From the NCBI GenBank assembly GCA_002633005.1, contig NMRA01000108.1:353006-417005 (forward strand): DNA of 64,000 bases. Direction: 5' to 3'. Positions 23,701 to 35,700 of the stretch are shown in pieces (the stretch's first letter is position 1; the number at the start of each line of letters is the position of its first letter). Both the position numbers and the translations under genes were made by a program. Source of the DNA: Phoronis australis (lineage: Eukaryota; Animalia; Phoronida). The notes below the pieces were generated by a model that was given only the letters and a program-made list of their open reading frames with translations, was not told the DNA's origin and searched no databases.

Positions 23701-26700
23701 CACCTTCACCCAAGTAGAGAGGAGTTAAAAATCTGTCTGCAGGATTGAAATCCTCATTCTCTTGTGTTATTCACCTATTGAAATTTGTTGGTTTTTTTGT
23801 TTCTTTCTATGTTTGCACACTACAGATCGCAATACTTATTGGATCAGTGTGAAATTTATACACAACATGGTAGAGAGGAGTTTATCTGTCTGCCTGATTC
23901 AATTCCTCATTCTGTGGTGTTATTCACCCATAAGTAGAGAAGAGTTTAATCCAGCAACGAGATTAAAATCCCCATTCTCTTGTTTTATTCACCCAAGTAG
24001 AGAGGATTTAAATCCAACTGCAGTATTCAAATCTCCATTCTCTAGCGTTACAGGGAAGTGCTTAACCACAGCATCACTGGCTTAATCTTAATATAATGTG
24101 CTTTGTTTAAGGGAAGCAAATGTTTTGAATGTTACCTTTACTAGAAATGTGAATCTTTGGTTATCTTTGAAAGACTTAATGTGAGAGCAACAGAAAAGCG
24201 ATGTTAGTGGTTTGGATAAAGACTAAGACTATGTTGTGTGCGTTCACTTCCTTGAAACAAACATGTACACTGTCCTCTGCCTTGGGTGGATTCTGGGTCA
24301 TTTAACATATGTTTGGGTTTTTATCCATCAGTCAAGTTAAGGAATGCTTATTGTTTTGAATAACTCATACCGGAATATTTTTGTGACGCTTATTACTTGT
24401 AATGCAGTGTCATTATAGTTCATAAAGCTGAAGAAATGTATGTAGGCCTTTGTGAGATTGTTGTTAAATATGTTAAAAATCACACTTTGTCATATTTCCT
24501 TTAAAAATTGCAATGAAACACAAAAGAGACAAGAGTGAATTCTTGTTAATTTTGGACAAAATAATTACCAAAATTGCCTTTTTTGCACTTTCGAGGGCTT
24601 GTGAATGCACATAATTTTTCAAAATTTTGATGGTCGCTGTGGTACGCAACTTGACTGTGGATTTGTATTCTATTTAGTGCTACTTCATAATATAAAAAAA
24701 ATAATTGCAGGCGGTCTGATACACGTTGTATCAGACGTGCGCAGGCCTCACATGTGGGCCCATTGCACTGATCACCTGGAAATATTTTTATGCTTTATTG
24801 ATATATGGTTAAAACTGAGCTGAGGAGCTAGAAACCTGGCTCAAGGGTTTAGCAGTGTGACCTGGTGGGACTTGAACCCACGACCTCGAGTAAAGAAAGC
24901 GGGCATTTATCAACCAGGCCACACTGCTACTTAATGTAGTATGGAAAAATGATCAAATGACGTTACACTTGTCGGCGATATTGTGTCCTAAATTGGAAAT
25001 ATTTTATACATTTAACAGTAGTCCAAAAATGATTACAACACAATGCCAATCTAGTTGATAAACCTTAAGAAATGTCACATGAAGGCACTGTTGATACGTC
25101 TAAATTTACAAATCAAAATATTAAATAATTTCTGGAGTTACTGTATACTAATGATAACGTAGCGTGCCCATCTCGGAGACTTCTACAAACCGTCTGAAGC
25201 CGAAGTGCTGGCGTGTCGGCATCGGCGGGGATTGTTATCATGTGGGTTGTGACATAATTTCTTCTTCCACACAGCTGATAGGTTATGTCCCAGTCCTCCG
25301 TGTTATCATTAGTATAAAGGAAATTGCTTTATTTTTGTTTTGCATTATGCCACAACTGGATGAGTAACATACGTTCCACTATTGTTTAAATTTTTGTTAT
25401 AACGCTGTTACAGTTGATCAATCTGAAGAAATGTTATGAAAAACTGCAACGAAAACACAAACGAGACTACACTAAACTGGAGCAGAACAACTCACAGAGC
25501 GAGACCGCGCTTCATGATAGCATGGCAGAGGTTCAAAGGTTAAATGACAAAGTTGAGGTAAATATCACCAGTGACCGTATGATGCCAAGTCAAGATGATG
25601 GTACAAATGTTCAAAAATAAAAATTTGGTGGTGTTCAACGTTTACAACTTGTGTATGACATGTTGCGATGTTGTTTGAATAAAATTTTTAACTGCACGTT
25701 ACATCTTAGCCAAGAAATATGGTGTTCAATCTGCGTAGAAATCTTGTGTAATCTTGCATTAGAAGCTCAACCCACTTCATGGCATGTTGTATAGAAATGG
25801 GCAAGAACCATAAGGAGCTTATTTATCAGGAAAACTGATCTTAAGTCCTTTTGTTAGGAGTAGATCTTAATTAAGGCATTAGCAAAGACTTCACAACAGT
25901 AAAACACTGGCTAAAGTAAGTAGATTTTTTAATAAAAAGTAAGGTTAGAATCATTTCACCCAAAGAAATATGATAACGTTAGTCAAAATAGATGTGTAAG
26001 TTTTCACTTCTGTTGTATTTGTTCATGAGTGATTTTAGTATTTCTTTGAACTATGGTGTGTGATTGGCTTGCAAGTTGTGGTACAGGACAGAGGAGTGTG
26101 GGAGCATTTGACTGATTAATATTTGGATTTAGTCACGATTTGAAAACAGTTGTCGTCTGGAGTTGAAACCAAACGACAGGTTTTTGCACTGGAATATCAT
26201 CATTCATTATTTATTTTGGATGCTTTAAGCATTTTGTAAAATCATTTTGATAGGCCTTTAGCCTGATATAAGGGTTTGTTGTTTATCTGTGCTCCACTTT
26301 TCCTTTTCATTTTGCATGCTACATGTGCAGAGGTAAGAACACGTGAGTTACTATAAGTATGTGCTTGTTGGCATGGACTGCCAAAAAAGACTACATCCAC
26401 AGATAGAGGGCGCTCACAAATATCTGTAAAGTAAGAATATTTAATGTAAATTGTCAATCCAACAGCAGGTTGAGGTTTGAAATGTAATACATTATGTTGT
26501 TTGGGTAATGAGGCTCCAACTGGTATAGTAAAGCCTTGTCAACCAGATCATTAGGCTTCATTACTTCAGCTAAAGCACAATTAAAAGCCACTGAATCCTG
26601 TTTTGATGATTTCAACCAATAATTGTTTATCACCTGTTTATGCATCATGGGCATCAATTTTGAAAGATAAAAGCAGGAATTAACTGTAAACTCAATTCTC

Positions 26701-29700
26701 CCTGTGCCACAGATTGAATATTAATAGTTCTTGCTGGGTGGTCTTTAACCACAGTTGCCGTGTAATTCGCTAAAAGCGTGGGTCACACTTGCCCGTTTAG
26801 CAGACTTTGACAGGAGTTTTGAAATTTTCCTCCAAACTTTGAAGGTCGGTTGCTGAGGTTTACAGAGTATTATTTTGTGTCAGAGAACTGGATGGGAAAG
26901 TCGTTTTTGGCATCTGTTAACAGGCCAAAACCAAGTATTTTTATCCTTTTACGAAAAGAGTGTAGAAATACATCTTGACAGATCTTTAATGAAACTTGCT
27001 TAGAATGAAGGAATGTTACCGAACTTTAAATAATGTGAACATAGCAGCTAATGGTAGATTTTTTTAAATGTTTATTATGAAATATTCAGTACAACAAATA
27101 TACATACCCGGAAAATGGTAGATATATATAGGAATGTGGTATTTCGACAGGATGTACATGAAAAAATACTGAAGGCTGGCTTTATTTGAGAGGATGACAA
27201 AAAGGCATGAATAATAATGTTAATGCAGATGGTATCAGATTAAAAAAAGAAAGTTAGTTCTGGTCTTTACCTTGACTAATTTTAAGAACACGGCGCTCAT
27301 CGACTAAATAATACAACAAATGTCAAAAGAAAATGCGTCTATTTCAGTCATAATCTCGCGTTTTTTTTTAAAGCTGCACAAAGGCAGTTAATGGAGAGTA
27401 AGCGAGGTTAGAAATGCCACGATTTACTGAGTGATGAGTAAAAAGCAAATCACGCGTCATTTTTGTTCGTCTCGGGTGAGTTTTCTCTTTTGAAAAGTGG
27501 TCAACTAAAAATACCACATTACCGCTTTGATTTTCTGAAAAATACTGGCCGAGATCTACTTTTTTTGGCAACTGTGCTTTTTTGGCCTAACAGTGTGTTA
27601 AGCGGTATTTCAACACCGGTCTCCCATTGAGACACGATGTTAGACTGTTGAAGCAAGTATATGCAGCAACACCGTACTCACTGGTGTAGACCATATCTTC
27701 AATTTAGTTCTTCGCTTTTTGTTGCTATAGTAGTTGCTGAGATTGTCATTTTCTGTTTTTCAAACTTAAGGCAAGAAACAAAAGGAAATTCATCAAATGT
27801 TTTGTATGTTAAACCAGTAAAAGTCAAAATGATACTAATTTTTTATGCTTTATTTTAGTTGAGACTCGTGACATGAAGTATCACTTATCCAAAAGTACAA
27901 GTCCAAGACATAAAAAGTCAAAGACTTATTTCCATTAAGATGAGAAACAAAGTGAAAACCGATGAATGACAAAAGACAGTGAGCAGCAAATAAGAAATTA
28001 AAATCAGTTACTAAATAGATAAATGAATATTAATATATATAAAAATAATAATAAATTAATGAAATAGGCTACAAGCTGTCTTGTTACTTCCTGATTCGTA
28101 AGCTGTGCATTCACATTGTATCCTGTGATGTCATTATCCATTCATGATGTCATTATCCATTCATGATGTCATCATGAGGTCACTGGGTTGTTCCCTGCAT
28201 GTGTTGACATCTGCACATCTTGCCAATTCCAGTCCTCGAGTATTTCCAAAATATTTCCCAAAAGAATCTGTTCACAGTGATCTTGTAACCGTCGAGAATT
28301 CATTGATATTGAAATCGCTAGGCCTCAAATCATGGAATTATGCCAATTAATTACCTTACTGTTGTTCACAGCTTTTCCATTTGGTATTCTTGTGTAGATC
28401 CTGTTGAAATGACATCACACTATAGTTTGTGACATCACAGCTAAGAGTTACATCATGACTAGTTATGAAGACTACTGCTGCGCCTATCCCAATCGCCGGT
28501 GCCAAGTCACTATTCGACAACCTCTTAGACAAAATGTGGTATAAATTCTCTTACCATGTGTCTCATATCAGTATTTAAGCTTTCCGGATGTTAACAATCA
28601 CATAATTGTGGTTACTAACATCTATTTTATATAACTGTAATCTGTTCTGTTTTGTGAATGTTGAATCTGGTAACTTGGCACACTTTTAATTGTAAACTTG
28701 AATGTACTATAGAATTATTAATTTATTCGTTCAGATTAACTCCTGCCCACCACTGAATTTTAACAGTTTCACCTTTTTGTGTTCTGTTTTTCTCAGCTTA
28801 ACACTCAACCGAGTTTTATTGCTCTTCATTTAAACACCATGGCCGGAAACCAGGAATGATTGAGGGATGTTTTGGAAAATTGCGTTCTCAGCACCAAGTA
28901 TCCCTGATCACTCGCAATGTCAGTCATTTCTCTGTTGCCTAGTAGGAGTTGAGGAAAGATGTCGCCTATGTGTGCCTGACTTGTGTGGATTCACTGTTGT
29001 TCCATTGCACTGCTGTACAAATTTTTAAACGTTTTCAGGAATACAAGTCTAAGACGAGGGATTGGAACTCAGAGAGGACGTCGTACTTGTCTCAAATATC
29101 AAATCTGGAGGCTCAGCGGAAAACACTGGCAGAAAAGTGTGAGCTTATCAAGGTAGGGAGGCTGCCATATGGTTGCCTGTTGAGGCGGATATTGGCCCGA
29201 GAGTGCCAAATTTCACTCAAGACTTGACTTAAACGTTGACCAATTGCATGAAGTGTGAACGTTCATCAGGAGCATGCCGTTTTACAAGTCAAATCTCTTG
29301 ATGATGGCGCACTCTTTTGTTATGATCATGACGGGTGTGTAATGTTCATTATGTACTTTGAAGACTGAACATTCACTATGTTTTGACATTTAACCAAATT
29401 GTCATCATCTTTAAACTCGGCTGCTTTGCGTGTCAGACTCTCAAATTCAACTTCCCAAAAATCAGAAAATGATATATATATAGTCCGTTTTCTTCTTAAA
29501 GCGGGGTACATTTAATCACCAATTTCTGTAGTGCGATGACGTGTCTTTATTCCTAACAAAGTGGTTTCTATAACTGTAGAAAGCTATCTGACGTGTCAGA
29601 CAGTCATTATAGTTGTTACAATTTAACAACTGATTATATGCGTGAATTGGTTTTGATCAAAAAATGAAAGTTTGCGGGGTTCTTTCAAATGATGCTTGTA

Positions 29701-32700
29701 CACGTATTAGATTCTTCACCATAATCAATATAGGCACATCATGTTACCTGAAAGATGTCGGCACCCATTGGGTTTGAAACCCGGGACCTTCTGTAGTGCG
29801 CTGAGTTGTAGCTCCTTCATAAATTCTTTTCAACTGCAAGGATCTGACATACAACTCTAGAATAGTTTGGTAAAGCACTTAATCTACTGTCTGATGAGCA
29901 AGGCAATCAGAGCTGACACTGACAGAACAACATTTTTTTTATTCACAGACATTTTTGGAAGATCAAACATTGTCGTGTGAATAATTGGAATATTTCTCAG
30001 CACAAGAATGATAATTTGACTGCAGGATATCACAAAGAGCTTATAAAATGTACCATGAGATCCCAATGTTTTGAAAATTATATTGCCATCTTAATTACAG
30101 GAGTGGGCTGCAGAGGGCATTCAACATTGTCCACCAAATACTTTATCAGCAGCTAGCGTGTTTCATTTTATCACCTCTTCATTGGATCATGGTCATGCAG
30201 TAACAGACATGATGATCAATTTGAACTGTTCCAGCACCAGTCGCATATTTACAAGACTCAGCTTGATAACAGGCGTGACCTTTTGGACAGCACCGAGATG
30301 ACCTTACGGGGTCAGGTCACACAGTTGGAAGGTCAAATACAGAGGGACAAGGACACTATGAATTACCAGGTGAGCCAAATATTTACTAGTAGATGCAAGG
30401 TAGTGGTCGTAATTGGATGTCATTTTTTATAACCTGCAGTATTTCTCTGATGAATTGATTAATAATCATTAAAAATTGCGCAAAGTAACTTTATTGGGAT
30501 TCTGTTAAGAAAGTGAAATGTCTAAGAAAACAATTGCCAATTGTGGAAAAAGTAGCAATTAACAATAATCAGTCGGTTATTTCATCCTATGCTTGTTGTG
30601 ATGCCCATCTTCTTCACTAACTAGACAGTCTTTAATCCTTGCCTAAATGCTTTTCTGACAACTGATTGGAACACTTTCATGCAAAATGTTCTTTGTTCTG
30701 TACCCCAGTAATTCCTAAACTCCATTAAAAATGCAGAAGTGTAATTGAGTTAGTTGATCTATACTAACAATAGGAGTTCAGTCCAGCACAGATGTATTGC
30801 AGGGAATTATTCAAAATTGTCAATCGTATTACTTCTGCAATGTTTTTGAATTGTTGGACAGTGGTTGGAAGTAGATAAGTATTACCCCTACCAATTTTGT
30901 CACTATTGGTCAATTAGTCACCTCCGCATTGACTGTATTTGATAAGAGCCAGGAGAATAGTAATTAAGTAATTAAGAAATGAGTGAGCAGTATTATTAGT
31001 CTTCATTCATACCATATGTGATGTGACCAACATTGCGTGTAACTAAGCTAATAATTCTTACTTATACCGTATCAATGCTCTGTTTTATAGCAACAGAATC
31101 TTATACGTGTAATTAAGAAATATGTCTTCAAGATAAGGAATGGTTAGTAAAAACGAAACCAAAACGTTGACTTTCCCGTTTTAAGTAATTTTTTGTGTAG
31201 CCATATTCTTGCATTAAAGTTACTGTGGAGCTGTTTGTCCCTACGTGGTTGCTGTTGGCAGTTCTTCAATGGTTTGTGACAGTTATTCTTTTTTCATGGT
31301 ACACAACATTATATTTCTATTTCTCAGTCTTGCTTTCGCTTTTACCAAGAAAACGATTCTTTTTTAAATGGTGAGTTTTGTGAAATGTTGAACTTCTTTT
31401 CCAGGAGGAGAAAATCAAACAGTTGAAAAAACAATTGCAAGAATGCGAGTCATCGTTACGACAGACGAGGTGCATTAAGGACCGTATACATGAAGAACTG
31501 GAAGAAGTGTCCGCCAATCAAGGGGTAAGTAGCTTAGAGTTGTTGTGTATTCACCTTCCACTAGAAATAATTTTGTTTTAGACTTTTCAGCATTGAAATT
31601 AGTCTGAACTCTTTCCTTGTGTAATTAAGAGGCAGTTTATGGGCTCGGAAAGAAGGTTGACCTACATTTTGTTGTCGCTCGAAACTCGCATCCGCAAGTT
31701 GGCTTGTCACCGCGTGTTGTTTTATTCGCCGAGCACGGTCTCAGTTTATAACACAGTCATTATTTCAAGCTCAGAAACAACTTCACATCTGAGAGTGAAA
31801 CAATTTGGGACCAGTTTTGTAGCGGTAAGCGGTCTATGTCGTTCAAGAGTTAGTCTCTTTGACAGAACACGGACTTGTAAATGCCCTCACTGCATCATCA
31901 TATAGTTAGTAGTTCTAGTGAAGCGTTCAAAGGTGTCTGTACAGATTACAGAGTCATCGTCTTATCAGCCATCTTAAAAAAAGTCATATGTATACTGACT
32001 CATAGTACGGCTCATCAGTTGATCGATGAGCCTTCAAATTATCTCTCATGACAAATCTGCCTTTTTACCATGATAATTCCAATTCACCTAACTTGTAGGG
32101 ACATTATTTGCCAGAATGTCAGCATTTACCGTTGTAGAATGTTTATAAAGACAATTTCACTTTTTTGGCCATATTGTGTACTAAATAGGAAAGAATGGCC
32201 ACACTATGGTGTCATATCTCATGTGTTAATTTCTTGTTACTCTTCTAGAGGGTTGAAGATGAGACGACAAGTTTGAGTCGTGAAGTTAAGTATTATCGCG
32301 AGTGTTTCCGAACATCAAAGCAGCGGAGTGACGAAATGGAAAAGCAAATGGTCGAACTAAAGCAGAAACTTCGTGAAAAAAGCACACAGTTAAAGTAAGA
32401 TATTTTGACTTGTTCCCCAAAGATTCACTGCAGTTTGGAATGGACCCCATCATTTGTTTCAAACTATTTGATACCCATTTCATACGAGGTGTCAAACAAT
32501 ACATTGAATGAATGAATTGCATTTAATGATACAGTACAAATCAGGATTTACAGAAATTTTGAGTCTTGAATGTATTACATACTTGATATTTTGTGCATAT
32601 TTAACTCTGTATCGTTGAACCGTTTCTTATCACTGAAAGGCACAAAAATATTACATTGCTCGAGTTGACAATGTGTTTTAATTGCTTGAAGTTTATTGAA

Positions 32701-35700
32701 CACTACATTGGTGGGTAAAAATCACCAGCTTTAAATTTGGGTATTAGTCAGAAATGACACTGGTGATTTTTATTCTAACCTCAGCATTACCACAATCAGA
32801 GGTGTTAATGTGCCTTTAGTTGCTCTTTGTGGTGCGTTGGAAAATTAAATGAAAACAAATCATTCGATACTAGAAGGGAGATCAGATGTGCCAAGGTAAT
32901 AGTTAATATCACCTAAACAATGCTCAATATCCCTTAAAGTACACTTGTGTATCAACTGGGAAGGACTTTTAAATTAAGTTTGTTAGGATCAGTAATTTTT
33001 GGCAAAAGTATCACAATAGCAATGAGTAGATTTTAAAAACGGCATCGTGATGATGAACGTAGCAATAACTAAAGTATGCTTAACTTTTGTTTTATTATCC
33101 TAAATTAATATGTTTATGTTTTTCAAGTGAGTACACCTGCTGTCTATGTGTATTATAACACAGAACATATTCAACTTTGAATGCATAATCACATCATTTG
33201 TTTCAGTAAAATTGATGAGGTGAATGCCCTGCAAGAATCGGAACAAGTCAGGAAGTTGCTCACAGACTTGCAGAATGTGCAGATGAATAATTTGTAAGTA
33301 TTACCCCGCCAGCTGAATCGAATTATCGTCATGTTTGAAAGTCAGCAATATTTTGTGAACTGAAGCTGGGCAACAGTGAGGACTACAGGGTATCATTACA
33401 TCGTACACCCACGTGCTTGCATACATCTGCATGTGTGTGCATATATCTGCATGTGCATGCATACATCTGCATGTGCATGTGCTTGCATACATGTGCATGT
33501 GTGCTTGCAGAAATTTGGTCTTGCACTCTGCACAACTGTTTTTGAAAAAGTAAATAAATTAAATCTCGCTTAATTTGCAAAATACAAATTCTCTGTTAAT
33601 ATACAGTTTTACGTCTAGTTGCTGAGATAATTAGAATGTTACATCATTTCTAGGCTGCGATGTGCAAATAATGACAATCATGCTAATATTTTATTCAATC
33701 AGTAATTGTGAAGTGAGTACGCAAGACCAAATTTCTGTCTTAAGTCACTTTCATGAAGCAATCCTCTGGTCTTCAAGAATACTAGAGTGAGTGAAACAAT
33801 TAATACTTGACTGTTTACTATGCTTCGAGCTCTATTTCTAATGCAGGGGGAGGTCTTTTTTGTGGTAAGGCGTATAAAAGTTTCTGGCGAAACCACTTGT
33901 CGTCTGCTTTCACATATGTTGTTGTTCTGAGGTAAGACCTTAATTCGGGCAGAGTCTGCTCAAAATCAGTGTCTTCCTTGATAACCACGAGGATTCTTGC
34001 GATGTCTTTGTTTAACAGGCTCGCGTGTGCTGTTTGGAACTCAAACATTCCCCACTGACTATCTATGAATGCAGGAGACAGTATGACAATCACACACTGA
34101 CTATTACATATGGCTTCTTCTATAGTACTTCCTGTTGGCACTCCAAAGTTAAAGTCACGTTCTCTAAGACAGGTCTGAAATGGGGGATTGTGGGTCACCT
34201 CTAATACTTCAACGATCTCTTCGTTCACCCATTCTGAGTCTGCTTCTGAGAACGACACAAAGACATCGTAAAGTTTCCCCGGCATGTTGATTCTGTCAAA
34301 AGGACGCCAGTTGAGATGAGTAAATAGCAGTAGCTTGATCTCCGTCCTAAATTTCCAGCTGACGACTAGCGCCATTGTGATAAGTGCTGCCACCACGGAC
34401 AAACCTATTGCAAGTGATCTGTAGTTGTAACACACTATGTTTGTTTTCAAGATGGGTTTTTCGTAAATGCCGTTCCTGAAACATCTTGTTTTGTCTGGGT
34501 GCTGTAGTACCGCACTGCGCTTTTTTAACCAGGTTTTGAGCCAGGCGGTCTCGCATGCGCATTTCCACGGATTGTCATAGAGACTCAGCTCTTTCAGCTT
34601 CAGTGGTATCCAAGATTCCATGCTTTGTGGGAGTGTCTGAAGTTTGTTGTCATTCAACTTCAGAGTGGCCGTATTTATAAGTGAAACCATTGCCAGCACG
34701 GAAATGTCCTCAATCTGATTATTACTCAAATCTAATCCTTGTATTCTAGAAGTGTATCCTGTTCTATTGAATACTGTAATGTTGTTATTACTAAGGTTCA
34801 CATAGATCGACCCTTGAGGCATTTTTTCTGGGAGTCGACTCATGTTCCTAAAAGTGCAGTCAACCATTACTATGTGTGTGGTCTGATTCCGATAACAGTA
34901 ACATTTTTCTGGGCAGTTGTCAATGACAATGCAAGTTGACTGTAAATCAAGCGACATCAAAGGCATCCTTAAAAATTGTTGCGGTGTAGCACAAGTCATG
35001 TCGTCTATGCCCTTCCACTGCATCAGTTTGCCGTCGTGTCCTGCTTGCTGGAACTTTTCAATTTCACAGTCACACTGATACTTGTTGTTCACTGCATTCA
35101 CAAAGATGCCACTAGAAATTACATAATCATTGTCGTGATAGGGTGGATACTTCAAATGATTATTGTCAAGCCGGATTGTCAGGTGGTTGGGTTCATATCT
35201 TTCCATCTTTGGACCTTGCTGTAGACCGTAAGTAGTTATTTCGTTCGCCTGTAGTTCTAAGTTTTTGAGTGAAGGCAAGTGTCCAAATGCAGATGCTTCA
35301 ATGCTGTTAATCTTGTTTTTGCTTAAATGTAGAGAGCTTAAGTTTGGTAGGTCAATAAAAGTATTGGTCTTTATAGTTCTTATCTGGTTGTAAGAAAGGT
35401 CTATGATTTGTATACTAACTGACTTAAGGCTGGTGATGTTCTCAATGGACTTTATCCGATTGTCGTACAAATTCAAAAAAACAAGCTTAGTCATTAATGG
35501 TGTCATGCAAGCTGGCAAGTATTTGATGTTGTTACTGTCCAGGTTGAGATTTTGTAATGATGGTACGTTCTTAAGTAATTCACAAGGAATTTCTTCCAAT
35601 TTGTTTGAGTAGCAGAAAAACCCCATCAACTTTGGCATGAGTGCACTGCCCTGTTGCAGAGACACTGGTATGTGTCTCAAGCCATTTCTCAAAATGTATA

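Noticed and set aside
24850-24930. Possible tRNA gene (also tRNA-like fragments near 18500 and 29760-29815)
   Set aside because: A/B boxes are present but I could not fold a proper cloverleaf, and the head is fused to a repeated SINE body.
33301-33580. His/Cys/Met-rich ORFs on both strands
   Set aside because: They are translations of the TGCA/CATG simple repeat.
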